Positions 15,839 to 32,062 of a stretch of 64,000 nucleotides of DNA are shown in pieces (the first letter of the stretch is position 1; the number at the start of each line of letters is the position of its first letter). The stretch is from the human T2T-CHM13v2.0 reference genome, Homo sapiens. A program made the position numbers and the translations under genes. The stretch lies in the NCBI RefSeq assembly GCF_009914755.1, contig NC_060933.1. One strand, 5' to 3'. The notes beneath the pieces are model-generated. The model had not been told where the DNA came from, searched no databases, and was given only the letters and a program-made list of their open reading frames with translations.

Positions 15839-17134
15839 CTTTGTCCTTTCAGGCAGTTATTTTTCCTGAACTGATGGGAACATCTTGCACAAAATCAAGA
15901 GCCAGTTTGCTGACTGTTTTAAGGTTTAAAAAATATTTTAAAATAAAATAAGAAATCCTTAGATATTCCACATACACGCAATACTTTAAATGCCAATCCG
16001 AACTTCCTTCATAAATAGCAAACGTCTTATTTGCAACTACTGTTGAATGAAGTCATTTCCATCCTCAGCCATATGAGAAATAAGTTCCTTATTCATAGAA
16101 AACGTTTAGAGGTACAATAAAATGAGATTAGAAAAAAAAAACCCTAACATTCATTTCTATCGTTGGTTACAAAATCCACTCTCATGTATGAAGTGTGCTC
16201 TAGCTGTGAAATCCTTTCTTGGAGGTGAGATCATTTCTCTCTTATAACCCATATCACTGACTTTGTGCTCCTGTTTAACCTTTCCCACTGGAGTACTAGC
16301 TCCATGAAAACAGCAATTGGTGCTCCCTTCTTTGAGGAACAGTCCAGATGAGAGCCTGTCCAGGTAATCCATAGATATGCATAACCATTGCACCTGCACC
16401 AGGTCTTACAGGCACAGGCCTTTTGGGAACCCATATCAGCATTTCAAGCTGTGAAAGTAGTTCTACTTAGTAAAATTAGAACTTTGGTCTACCAAGGGCA
16501 CTCTTAATATTTGAAGAAGAAAAATGAATTTCTAGCACAATTCACAGACTAGGACAAGGTGAATAAGTAAGCATCCTAACTTATTTGGAAGTCCTGGTGG
16601 CATGTTAATGCATATTTAATAATGCGAGTGAAGTAGCACATATTTTACAATCAATTAATTTTCCTTAAAGAAGATAATGTAGCAGGAGAGCTGAATGTCA
16701 AACAAGGTAAGACTCATACTTATTAACTTGGCAGGAGTTATGAGGCCTCTGATTCTCTTGAAAGACAAATTGTCTTCACTATTTTGATTTTGAAATGTAG
16801 AAATTCAAATTTCAATCAATCCAATGAGTAAGGATGACAGGAAATTTTACAGAACTAGGAGGAAGCTTCCTTTCATTTTTCCTTCTTTTTATTGGGGCAG
16901 GTGTAGGGGGATGTTTCCCCCACAAAACAGCAGTTTTGCTAGAAGACAGTGAGGGATCACCACCGTTGTGTGCCCTCCTCCCTGGGAGCAGCCAGTTGCT
17001 GTGACATGGACCTTCTCTATTGCAGATATATTTTCTTGCTGCCATACTTCCTCTGACTCTATCCAATTCCATCCTTTCCATTCTCTGGAATCAGAACGGG
17101 CCCATGCTTTATGCTTTTCCCCCTCACTTAGCCC

Positions 17135-18016
<882 letters not shown>

Positions 18017-18911
18017 ACTTGTGACCTATAAGTGGTAACCCGATGCCTACTCATGGAGATGGGCATCACTGTGACCATGGGACAGATGATCAAACTTGGG
18101 CTCTGGGAAGTTAGAGGAATTTGTGGGTGCTGGAGTCTGGACTCCTGTCAAAGCCCTTTTACCTCCCTCTTTCCTTTCTTGGCTAGCACCTCAAAGTTTT
18201 GTTTTGCCCATCTAGCAGACCGTAAAGTCCAAGGGATTGTTGACACTTGCCGGTGCAGGCTTCCCATCTTCTCCAGAGCGCCCATGCTGAGTGTCAGCTA
18301 AGGAAAGGAAGCACACCTAAAAACAGCCCTGGAAATCCCCATCCCAGACCCAGTCAAAATAGCCTGGTGTTTCTGACAGGTCTCCTTCTATGTCTCTGCG
18401 GGCACCCAGCCTCGGGCTGAGCAGCATTAATCACTCAGTGAGTTTTGGTTGATGAAGTGAGACTGATTTGCGTAATCCAGCTGCTCTGGGGCAGGTACCG
18501 GGGCCATCTGACAGGGGCTCCAGGACTTGGCTTGAGTAAAAGGAACCCTGAGACACTACCCCAGCCAGGATCTAAATTCTCCCATTTTTCCCTTCTCACC
18601 AGTTCTTTGGAAAAGTGCCTGAAGATAAATAATGGACCCCTGCTGTGAGCCAGAAGGGAAAAAAGGCAAGAGAAGAAGGCTGTCTTGTTTCTAAGTGACC
18701 ATAGGGATCACAACACATCGATTAAAAGAGACTTTTCAGGTTTGTCAACCCAGAAGAGCCCAAGAAGAAAAAATAATGGGCTTAAAGTGTGCCGTTAAAA
18801 ATCGTATTGTCCTGATAATCTCCCTGCTTAGGTAAGAAACTTGCCAAGGGGCTAAGGAAAGGGCAGCTTTTCCACTGAAGGCCTTTAACATAAGAGGAAA
18901 GCTCTGCTCAC

Positions 18912-18971
18912 CTGGAAGCCCACGTTGCTGTAGCCCTCAGCTCTGGGGGCTGCTGTACTCCTCAGCTCCAT
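18912..18971 (-). CDS. SLC28A3: SLC28A3 (CNT3) first coding exon, codons 1-20 (MELRSTAAPRAEGYSNVGFQ), phase-0 end
   Basis: Translation matches the human CNT3 N-terminus as I recall it. Strong Kozak context (AGC-ATG-G). Donor CAG|GTGAGC at 18912/18911. Confidence 0.97.
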
Positions 18972-19016
18972 GCTCTTTTTGCTGCTGGCTGGCTCTGGTC
19001 TGGAGGTCCTTTGTAC
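18972..19016 (-). other. SLC28A3: 5'UTR part of the SLC28A3 ATG exon, with an internal splice acceptor for an upstream exon
   Basis: Minus strand reads GCTTTTTCCCAG|GTACAAAGG; AG at 19018-19017. Confidence 0.85.
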
Positions 19017-19089
19017 CTGGGAAAAAGCACCAGTCTCTGCTGATGTCAGAAAGCCACCTGCTGTTACAGGGACCTGGGCACAGCTTGCT

Positions 19090-19210
19090 TCAGTTTGGAA
19101 ACTTTTGCAATAATCTCCTGAATGACTAGGGCTGACACCTGGTTGGGGTGGGGCAGAGAGGCGGGCGGGTTGGCGGGGTGGAGGCATCTAGTGCTGGCCC
19201 GCCCACCTTA
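19090..19210 (-). promoter_or_regulatory. SLC28A3: SLC28A3 proximal promoter with GC/CACCC boxes (Sp/KLF type)
   Basis: GGGGTGGGG, GGCGGGCGGG, GGCGGGGTGG and CCCGCCCACC cluster 170-240 nt upstream of the ATG in non-repeat DNA. No ATG on the minus strand between 19184 and 18972. Confidence 0.7.
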
Positions 19211-19298
19211 TTAATCTTTTCCTTTATCCCCATTTTTGGCATCCTATTTGCACTCCTGGGGAGAAAACTCTTGTGGTGCACAAAACAGAAAAGGACAC

Positions 19299-19608
<310 letters not shown>

Positions 19609-20183
19609 AGAAAAGGACACGTTCTCTATAGTGCTTAGTGAAATCCTCTGTTTTCCTGTGGGTGGTGTTAAAGACTAGGAGTGGTGGTGGGGTGGAGGGT
19701 GAGTGAACACAGGATATAAGGTCATGCCGCCCTCAGTGATCACCTACTGTATACCAGGGATGGATAGATGGATAGATACATAGACAGATAGGTAGGTAGG
19801 TAAGGGTCTTGGCTCTTCTTCCGAACAACTCAAAATTCTATACTGAAGTACAGAAAAGTTAACAATTTGTTTAGTGTCATTTAGCTAATAAAGGGATAAT
19901 GAGAATTCAAATTCAAGTTTGGTTAATTCCAAAACCTTTTATTACATCCCTGCTTCAGACTGGGCTGCTTTCAAAAATCCAGCTTACAGAAATGCCGATA
20001 TGTGACAAGTAAATGAAAGGTGACCAGCTATTCAATTATCAAAAGTGAATAGAAGTGCTTTGTTTTCATAAAGCAATTCACTTTGCTTTATGAAAATATT
20101 AGCTGTAGAATTCTTTTAAAATAGGGATTTTCCCCCCTAGTACAATTTAAAATACTGCAAAACTGTGGACAAAAGAATGGAAA

Positions 20184-20603
<420 letters not shown>

Positions 20604-20770
20604 CTATAAAGAGAATGATTTACTTTTATTATTGTTAACCTAAAGGAAAAAACGGAGACAAACTTAATGTAAGTATAGAGTTTATTTGGTCTAAGTTTGA
20701 GATTGCAACTTGGGAGCACATATTCAAGTTGCTCTGAATATACACTTAGTAGCAGTTACAAGTAGATTCT

Positions 20771-21052
20771 TGTGTGTGTGTGTGTGTGTTCTGTTGCCCA
20801 GGCTGGAGTGCATGATCATGGCTTGCTGCAACCTTGACCTCCTGGGCTGAAGCTATCCTCCTGTCTCAGCCTCCCGAGTAGCTGGGACTACAGACAGGTG
20901 CCATCACCCATGGCTAAATTTTTTTTTTTTTTTTGGTAGAACTGGGGGCCTCACTATGTTGCCCAGACTTGTCTTGAACTCCTGGGCTCAAGCAATCTTC
21001 CCACCTGCCTTGGTTTCCAAAAGTGCTGGGATTACAGGCACTGTGCCTGGCC
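20771..21052 (-). mobile_element. AluJ with (TG)n tail
   Basis: Reverse dimer. Confidence 0.88.
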
Positions 21053-21219
21053 ACAAGTGAATTTTAAAGGAAAAGAAGGAGTTTCTGAGTTGTTTACCAA
21101 TTATTTACATTAAAATAACATAAGCTATTGATTGGCTATACATTGCTATTTGTATCACACATTCTAGGAACAGAAAGGCAGCCAGTCAGGAACAAAATTC
21201 CTTTAAAACAATTGCCCCT

Positions 21220-21638
<419 letters not shown>

Positions 21639-21865
21639 TCACATAGCTGGGACTGTGTGAGTTATTTTTGTTTTCTCTTTATCAGTGACTGAGGCCCAGT
21701 CTCTCTGGGCCTGATAGATTTTGCATATCTCACATAGCTCAGACTGTGGGAGTTATTTTTCTTTTCTTGTTATCATGATACAGACTGTACAGTGTATACA
21801 TAATGATTAAAGGCTTGCAGGAACCTGTGGTCTGGGTTCAAATCCTGGACTCTACCTCATAACTA

Positions 21866-22158
21866 CAGCCAACCACAGCTTGAGGGTCACACCTAACCTT
21901 CTGCTGCTTTTATATGGCCCAAGAGCTAAGAATGGGTTTTAGATTTTTAAATGGTTGAAAAAAATTAAAAGGAAGAATATTTCCTGACACATTAAAGTTA
22001 TATGAAATTCAAACTTCAGTGTCTATAAATAAAGTTTTGTAAAAACAGAAACATGGCCATTGATTTATGTATTGTCTAAGGCTGCTATCATCCCATAAGG
22101 ACAGAATTGAGTAGCTGTGACAAATACCACACGGCTCAAAGACAAAATATCCACTACC
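21866..22158. mobile_element. MER58B-like hAT-Charlie element
   Basis: GAGCTAAGAATGG...TATGAAATTCAAACTTCAGTGTCTATAAATAAAGTTTT. Confidence 0.75.
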
Positions 22159-22340
22159 TGGCTGATGCCTATAATCCCAACACTTTGGGAAGCCAAGATG
22201 GGAGAATCGCTTGAGCCCAGAAGTTTGAGATCAGTCTGGGCAATGTAGGAAGACCCCGTCTCTACAAAAAATACAACAATTAGCCAGGTGTGGTGGTACG
22301 TGCCTGTAGTCCCAGCTACTTGGGAGGCTGAGGTGGGAAG
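22159..22340 (+). mobile_element. Partial AluJ
   Basis: Left arm plus part of the right arm. Confidence 0.85.
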
Positions 22341-22424
22341 ACTTACTGGCCATGGGAATTTGGGCAAGTAGCTGAGTTCTCTGTATCTCAGATTCTTCCT
22401 TCATAAAACGGAGATAACAGTACC

Positions 22425-23377
<953 letters not shown>

Positions 23378-25231
23378 TACCCATTTAGAAACAGTGCTGA
23401 GATGATAAAATGAGTTAATATACACAGGGAATAGTGCCTGACACATAATTCAACATCACCCAAATTTTATGATTTAGCTCTTTCGTGCTTCTTATTGATG
23501 AGACTTGGGGATTTTCATTAGTTCTTCCCCATCATTGCAATGTGCCATAAGTAGTAGTCATTGTGTTACCAAAGGCAAAAAAAAAAAAATCCAAGTGGAA
23601 GTGAGCAAGAGAAGTACAGATAAATAGACAGCAAATATTTGGGAAACTTTCCTTGAGAAATCGTTAGTTGGAAGAAACCAGTTGGTGCAACCTGATATTA
23701 AAACCTTCACCAACTCAAGACTCAATCTAGTTGAAGGTTATGGATGATCCTTACTTTCTGAAGCAAAAGACAGACATCTTCATTCTATCATTTAAAGCCT
23801 CTAATTGCAGAAACGTGACTCCAATGCCTGACATTCTTGCAGACACTGCTTTAGGAACTTTTAGAAATGTAACGATGTGTTTTCTTCTCCTTGGCTGCAG
23901 ACAAAATTTGAAAAGAATGCAACAACATTTGGGGGAGCATATCATTGTGCAAGTCACAACACTAGACAGTGTTGATTAAAAGATACAGTGACCTCCCTCA
24001 TCCATTCTCCAACTGTACCTGCCAGCAGGAAAAATTGACACCTAATTAGAGTAAATTGTATATACAACCATGATACTAAAATGCCAAAACAATGGTCATA
24101 TCCAGAGAACTTGTAATTTAAAATTGTATGTTTCTGAAGCCTATCTTTAAGGAGCTTTCAGAACCAGTAAAAATTCTGACTCCTTGCAGCACCAGAATTA
24201 GTTTGATTTATGGGGCTATCACTTAAAGTGGTAACACCTTGGTAGAAGCTATGGCTCATTTTGTCCAATTAGGAAATAGAAATTGTGATCAGAAAATGAG
24301 ATGAAAGGCCTTTTCAGTTTTACAAGACTACATTTTAAACAATTCCCCAGTCATGCAGAGTCATTATTTGTGAGAAATAGCTTGTGCCAAGAACTAAAAA
24401 ACTGTCTCTTAACTCCTCAGAATTATTTTCATTGCGTTGTCACTCAAACTCAATTTTAAACTTTGAAACCATTGTGTAGCAACCAAATCACTAGACTTTT
24501 CAGTCAAATAATTCCTATACCCCGTTCTGTTCTCTAAAACTCAGCTTATAAAAATTTGCAAACTCATGGACTGTCTACGCACAAGCTCATTAAAGAAAAC
24601 CAAAACACAAAAGTCCTCCATTTTTATTAAAATATGAAAGGAAAAATAAGTAATTACATGGCAATAGATTGTTTTTCCTGCCTTATGCATGCAGTTCTAT
24701 AGTGAAGTCACTCTTGGTGACGGTATTTCCAAAAGGAGTAAAGAGAAAATTTGTAAAAATTGTGTAGAATGCTTGTCCTATGTTGAGCATGATGTGTTAT
24801 ATGTTCCAGACTCCTGTCTTCCTCCCTGAAGAACATTTCATGTAGTGCAGATTAACCTTTGTCTATACAACTTGAAGTAGTTAAATAAATAAATCAAATA
24901 ATATTAATGTTAATAATAAAAATGTAATCCTGGGAGGTTTATAAGGCTTAGTCTAATTAACTGTCAATTGTTCAGATCATCCAAGAGGGGAAAAAGGAAA
25001 GCAATGAAAATGTGTATTTGACATAGGAAATGCTTCAGGATTTGTTTTTCAACAAAATTCTCCTTGCAGTTAGGTTTTTTCCCTGACATTTACACTATAT
25101 ACCAGGAAAGGCCAGCCAGAGCACTTAACACAGCCAAAGACTGGCCATAGAATCTGCCACATAGGTAATACCTGTCTGCAATTAAAGGATGATTTGGCTG
25201 TCTGTATCACTTTAGTGAGAATCTTGGGAAG

Positions 25232-25568
25232 GGCAGGGCACAGTGGTTCATGCCTGTAATCCCAGCATTTTGGGAGGTCAAGGTGGGTGGATTACTTGAG
25301 GTAAGGAGTTCAAGACCAGCCTGGCCAACATGGTAAAATGCTGTCCCTACTAAAAATACAAAAAACTAGCCGGACGTGGTAGTGGGCACCAGTAATCCCA
25401 TTTACTCAGGAGGCTGAGGCAGGATAATAGCTTGAACCCAGGAGCACAGTTGCAGAATATCTTGAGCCCAGGAGGCAGAGGTTGCAGTGAGCTGAGATCA
25501 CACCACTGCACTCTAGCCTGGGCAACAGAGCAAGACTCTGTCTAAAAAAAAAAAAAAAAAAAAAAAAA
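25232..25568 (+). mobile_element. AluS with an internal duplication of about 30 bp
   Basis: CTTGA(A/G)CCCAGGAG...TTGCAG present twice. Confidence 0.9.
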
Positions 25569-25619
25569 GGGAAGAAGGGAAGAGAACTAGTGACTGTTGA
25601 ATGCTGCAACATACCTTTA

Positions 25620-25790
25620 AGATACTTATGTTGTTTCCATTTTATCCTCATAACAAGTCTTCACATGAGGTATTAATATCCCCATTTCACAGATGAAACA
25701 CATGAAGCTCAGGGAGATAAAGTGGCTTTTCTAGCAACACAACTCATAAGTGGCAAAGCCATAATTTGAGCCCATGCCTGTGAAACCTAG
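25620..25790 (-). mobile_element. MIR
   Basis: CCCCATTTCACAGATGAAAC core. Confidence 0.7.
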
Positions 25791-26324
25791 TCTTGTCAAG
25801 AGCCCAGTTCTGGAAAGAAATGAAACCCAGGGGAAGCACAACTGAATTAATACCTCAACATGCTCACTCTATTAGTGAGGAAAACAAACCACAAGCAAAG
25901 TATATGCAAAAAAGGCTAATAAAATGGTGAAAGGCTAATAATATGGGGTTGTCAGGAAAACAGAGTTTAATCCATCTGTGCACTTTGAAATCCTCAAAAA
26001 GTGTGCCAGTGCTTAGGTGAGGGGATTCCTGAGAAGGCACAGGTGTCGGGCTGCTATATTGATTCCACCAGAAATGAATGCATAGAACTGAAAGCTATAG
26101 AAGGGCAGGAATTTTACCCATCTTAGTCTCTGCTCTTTCCTGGTGCTTAGCGTAGTGCTTGGAACAGCGTCAGCTCAAGGCTGAATAGAATGTTCATTGA
26201 ACAAAGGTACACAAAGGAAGAAAACTGAAATTCCTACATTCCCATGTGTCCCAGGGAATATGTGTGAGTTCAAAAATGAGTTTCTAGGGCGCACAAGTTT
26301 GCACTGGTCAGCTCTCTCCAAGAG

Positions 26325-26482
26325 CCAACACTAGGACCAGGAGAAGGTAAGTAAAGAGCCCAGGGTGCAAAATTTAAGGGGGCACTCTCTGGACCAAGTG
26401 CAGGGTTGGCACTTGAAAATAAATTCCTCCTTAAAGTTTGCATTATAAGCACCTTGCCTAGCTCACCCTACTCCTGGCCTGG
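26325..26482. mobile_element. MER91-like hAT-Tip100 element
   Basis: AGGGTGCAAAATTTAAGGGGGCACT and CTCACCCTACTCCTGGCCTG ends. Confidence 0.6.
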
Positions 26483-26496
26483 CCAAGAATAATCTA

Positions 26497-26724
<228 letters not shown>

Positions 26725-27248
26725 TTAGATTAGCTTCCAATTCAGGCTTTACTTCTACACTCACTAGCTGCAAGCTTGGGCTAGTTACTAGTAACCCCTG
26801 TAATCATCTACTGCTGCCTGCAAAATGAGGTTTATGTTTACAGCTATCTCATGGGTCTGTCATGAGGATAAACTGAGGTGCCACAAGGAGAGTGTCTAGC
26901 ATCATGTAGTAAGCATCTGCTGTGGATTGAATATGTCCCACAAAGTCCGTATGTTAGAATCTTTATCACTGATGTGACAGTATAAAGAGGTAGGATCTTT
27001 AAGAGGTGATTAGGTCATGACAGCTCTGCCCTCATAAATGGATTAATGTGGTTATCTGAGGAGTGGGTTAGTTATCCCAAGAGTGGGTTCCTGATAAAAA
27101 GGATGAGTTTCTCCTGAATTTCTGTCTCTCTCCTGTGCTCACTTGCCTTTCCACCATGTTATGATGCAGCACAAAGGCCCTCTCCAGCGGCTAGTGCCAT
27201 GCTCTTGGACTTCCCAGTCTCCAGAACTGTGAGCTAAATAAACTTGTA

Positions 27249-27873
27249 TTTTTTTTTTTTTTTGAGATGGAGTTTCACTCTTTTGCCCAGGCTGGAGTAC
27301 AGTGGGGCGATCTCGGCTCACTGCAACCTCTGCCTCTCGGGTGTCTCACGTGTCAGTGTGAAGAGACCACCAAACAGGCTTTGTGTGAGCAACAAGGCTG
27401 TTTATTTCACCTGGGTGCAGGCGGGCTGAGTCCAAAAAAGGAGTCAGCAAAGGGTGGTGGGATTATCATTGGTTCTTACAGGTTTTGGGATAGGTGGTGG
27501 AGTTAAGAGCAATGTTTTGGGGGCAGAAACAAATCACAATGGTGGAATGTCATCAGTTAAGGCTATTTTCACTTCTGTGGATCTTCAGTTGCTTCAGGCC
27601 ATCTGGATGTATAAGCGCAGGTCCCTGGGGATATGATGGCTTAGCTTGGGCTCAGAGGCCTGACATCAGGTTCAAGGGATCCTTCTGCTTCAGCCTCCTG
27701 AGTAGCTGGGATTACAGGTGCCTGCTACCACGCCTGGCTAATTTTTGTATTTTTGGTAGAGACGGGGTTTCACCATGTTGGCCAAGCTGGTCTTGAACTC
27801 CTGACTTCAAGTGATCTGTCCGCCTTGGCCTCCCAAAATGTTGGGATTACAGGCATCAGCCACCACGTCCGGC
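27249..27873 (-). mobile_element. AluS split by LTR7
   Basis: Alu sequence resumes in register after 27670. Confidence 0.9.
27342..27665 (-). mobile_element. HERV-H LTR7-family solo LTR (324 bp)
   Basis: Minus strand begins TGTCAGGCCTCTGAGCCCAAGCTAAGCCATCATATCCCC; 5-bp TSD TCGGG/TCAGG. Confidence 0.92.
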
Positions 27874-28496
27874 TTACTTGTTTTTTATAAATTACCCATT
27901 ATGTAGAATTCTGTTATGACAGCAGAAAACAGACTAAGACAGCATCCATACACTCACGGGTCCATGGGAAACCTGTCAGTAGCCAGTTTTTTGAAAACCT
28001 TGAGTTGAGCCTCTAGGGCTCTGTCAGTGTTCAGTAGGGTAAGTATGTTACCATTACATGTGGTTGAATGAGGTTCACGAAGGGAGCAAAGAACAAACAT
28101 TGATATGGGTTATAGGAATGGCAGAATGGCAACATGCAACTTATGGATAAACAAGAATCTTCCAGGAAGTGCATTCTTGAGTCTGGAAGATTTCCAGAGA
28201 TGACAATCTTTTTTAATAACACAGCCATGTGTTACTTAACAATGGGGATACATTCTGAGAAATGAGTCCTTAGGCAGTTTTTTCATCATGCAAACATCAC
28301 AGAGTGTATTTACACAAATCCAGATGGTATAGCCTAAAACACACCTAGGTTATATGGTATAGCCTGTGGCTCCTAGACTACAAACCTGTACAGCATGTTA
28401 CTGTGCTGAATACTGTAGGCAATTATAACAAAATGGTAAGTATTTGTGCATTTAAATATATCTAAACATAGAAAAGGTATAGTAAAAAATATGGTA

Positions 28497-28846
28497 GGCC
28501 CGGCACGGTGGCTCATGCCTGTAATCCCAGCAACTTTGGGAGGCCAAGGCAGGTGGATCACCTGAGGTCTGGAGTTCAAGACCAGCCTGACTAATGTGGT
28601 GAAACCACGTCTCTACTAAAAATACAAAAATTAGCCGGGTGTGGTGGTGCATGCCTGTAATCCCAGCTACTCGGGAGGCTGAGGCAGGGGAATCGCTTGA
28701 ACCAGGAGGCAGAGTTTGCAGTGAGCCAAGATTGCGTCATTGCACTCCAGCCTGGGCAACAAGAGTGAAACCAGGTCTCAAAAATAAATAAATAAATAAA
28801 TAAATAGGTATAAAAATAAAAAATGAAAAATAATAAATAAATAAAT
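28497..28846 (+). mobile_element. AluS
   Basis: Dimer with (AAAT)n tail. Confidence 0.92.
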
Positions 28847-29059
28847 AATGGTACACCTCTATAGGGCACTTACCATGGATGGAACTTACAGGACTAGGTT
28901 CTAGGTGAGTCAGTGAGTTAGTGGTGAGTTAATGTTAAGGCCTAGGGCATTACTGTTCAATAATGTAGACTTTATATAAACATTATACACTTAGGTTACA
29001 CCAAATTTATTTAAAAATTTTCTTTATTCAATAAGAAATTAATCTTAGCTCACCATAAC

Positions 29060-29343
29060 TTTTTTCTGAGACAGAGTGTTGCTCTGTCACCCAGGCTGGA
29101 GCACAGTGGTGCGATCTTGGCTCACTGCAACCTCCACCTCCCTGGGTTCAAGCAATTCTTGTGCCTCAGCCTCCCAGGTAGCTGTGACTACAGGCACGCA
29201 CCACCACGTCTGGCTGATTTTTGTATTTTTAGTAGAGGTGGTTTCACCCTCTTGGCCAGGCTGGTATATCCTGACCTCAAGTGATCCTCCCACCTCAGCC
29301 TCCCAAAGTGCTGGGATTACAGGCATGAGCAACGGTGCCCAGT
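29060..29343 (-). mobile_element. AluS/J
   Basis: Reverse dimer; TSD AACTTTTT. Confidence 0.9.
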
Positions 29344-29701
29344 CAACTTTTTTACCTTATAAATGTTCTCATTTTTAAAATTTCTTGACTCTTGTAATAA
29401 AACCTAGCTTAAAATGCAAATGCAAATACATTGTATGGCTATACAAAAATATTTTCTTTATAGTCTTATTCTATCAGCATATATATAACTTTTTAAACTT
29501 CTTTGCTAAATACTACAGCATAAACACCCACATATTAGTCTAGGCCTACACAGGGTCAGGATCATCAAGATGTCACTACGTGATAAAATTTTTTCAGCTC
29601 CATTATAATCTTATGAGACTACTATTGTATATGAGGTCTCTTGTTGACTAAAATGATGTTTCAAGGTACATGACTTTATTAGTATCTGCCTGCAATGTTC
29701 A

Positions 29702-30040
<339 letters not shown>

Positions 30041-30380
30041 GACAACGTAGGGACAATTGGCAAAAGTTGAATTTGGTAAAAGTAATGTATCAATATTAAA
30101 TTTCCTGATCTTGATAATTGTATTGTGGTTATGTAAGAGAATGTCCTTAGGAAATACACGTTGGAGTATTTAGGAATAAAGTGATATAATGTCTGTGATT
30201 TTACTCCCAAAGGGTTCAGGAAAAAAAAAAAACATGTAAATGTATATGAGTATGAGAGAGAATAAATAAAACAAATGAGGCAAGACGCTAATGGTGAAAC
30301 TGTAATGAGAGTTTTTTGCATTATTCTTGGATCTTTTCTACAAATTTAACATTATATGAAAACAAAAAGTTACAAAAAGA
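30041..30380 (+). mobile_element. L1M 3'-end remnant
   Basis: ATTAAATTTCCTGATCTTGATAATTGTATTGTGGTTATGTAAGAGAATGTCCTT. Confidence 0.7.
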
Positions 30381-30507
30381 GATGCTTTTTGAATTATTCA
30401 TATATGTAAACATATACATTTAGCATTTTTTTAATAAGTTATGTATGTGGATAGTGAAATGGTCTCAAACTATATATTATCCTGCAGATTTCCCTCTATG
30501 TGGTTAA

Positions 30508-30820
<313 letters not shown>

Positions 30821-30940
30821 AAAATGTTGCTATTTCAGCTCAGAGTTGAGATGGATTTATATAACACACACACATAATTCTGCTATTGATAAGGATTAAA
30901 AATTTTGGTATATTAAGATTATTAAATTTATTAAGATTAT

Positions 30941-31252
30941 GGCCAGGTGTGGTGGCTGACACCTGTAATCCCAGCACTTTGGGAGGCCAAGGAGGGCAGA
31001 TCACTTGTGGCCAGGAGTTTGAGACCAGTCTGGCCAACATTGTGAAACCCTGTCTCTACTAAAAATCAAAAAAAGAAAAAATTAGTGGGGCATGGTGGCA
31101 GTCTCCTGTAATCCCAGCTACCCTGGTGGCTTAGGTACAAGGATTGCTTGAACCTGGGAAGTGGAGGTTGCAGTGAGCCAAGATCGCACGACTGAACTGC
31201 AGCCTGGGTGACAGAGTGAGATTCTGTCTCAAAAAAAAAAAAAAAAAAAAAA
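30941..31252 (+). mobile_element. AluS
   Basis: TSD TTATTAAGAT. Confidence 0.92.
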
Positions 31253-31764
31253 CCTTATTAAGATGATGAGTTTATTAAGATTTTTAGTATGAAGATTAAG
31301 ATTTAACTATTGATGAGGATTATTAGGATTAAGATTTTTTAGTATTTAGGGGTTTCTTCTTATTTATTGACACAACAATGAGATTTGTCATTATCAGGTC
31401 AAGCCATTGGGTCAGAATTATAAAAATGCTGAGTAATTATTAGTGACATTAAATTTAAAGATTATCAATGTCTGACATTATAAAAAAAAGAATTTAGGTA
31501 TGTACCCCAAATATGTATCCCAAATGTAAGTTGTCCTTAACATTTGCTGTAAATCCAAAAGTAAAGATTTCAAATCACATCTTGAGTTTACATATTTTAA
31601 GCCTCACTCACGTCTACTCAGTTATTTCATATACTGGTGGAAGCTTGAGGTGTCTTGGCTCTTAAACAACATGGTAAAACATCTGTAAGTTGAAGTATAA
31701 CTTGGGAACAGGGAAATAATGATATTGAATTCTATTCCATCTACTGTACTAAAAACAATTTACA

Positions 31765-32062
31765 GGCTGGGCACACTGGCTCACTTCTGTAATCCCAGCA
31801 CTTTAGGAGGCTGAGGTGGGCTGATCACTTGATGTCAGGAGTTCGAGGCCAGCATGGCCAACATGGTGAAACCCCATCTCTACTAAAAATACAAAAATTA
31901 GCCAGGCGTGTTGATGCGCGCCTGTAATCCCAACTACTTGGGAGGCTGAGGCAGGAGAATCACTTGAACTCGAGAGGTGGAGCTTGCAATGAGCCGAGAC
32001 TGAGCCACTCTACTCCAGCCTGGGTGACAGAGCAAGACTCTGTCTCCAAAAACAAAAATTAT
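31765..32062 (+). mobile_element. AluS
   Basis: Dimer. Confidence 0.92.

Larger units (their letters stand above)
26918..27941 (+). mobile_element. MST (ERVL-MaLR) solo LTR hosting an Alu and an LTR7
   Basis: TGCTGTGGATTGAATATGTCCC...GCAGAAAACAGACTAAGACA. Confidence 0.85.
28220..29675. mobile_element. Tigger3/Golem DNA transposon, split by two Alus
   Basis: TIR-like CAGCCATGTGTTACTTAACAATGGGGATACATTCTGAGAAATG and ...GGTACATGACT. Confidence 0.85.

Noticed and set aside
18885-19187. 100-aa ORF suggesting an N-terminally extended CNT3
   Set aside because: Its ATG (19187) lies among the promoter GC boxes, upstream of the likely TSS and of the 19016 acceptor, and its tail reads into the intron. 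Only 18912-18971 is supported.
23950-25100. AT-rich stretch I could not assign (ancient transposon or conserved non-coding DNA)
   Set aside because: No TIR, ORF or motif structure I can support by eye; needs Dfam and conservation tracks.
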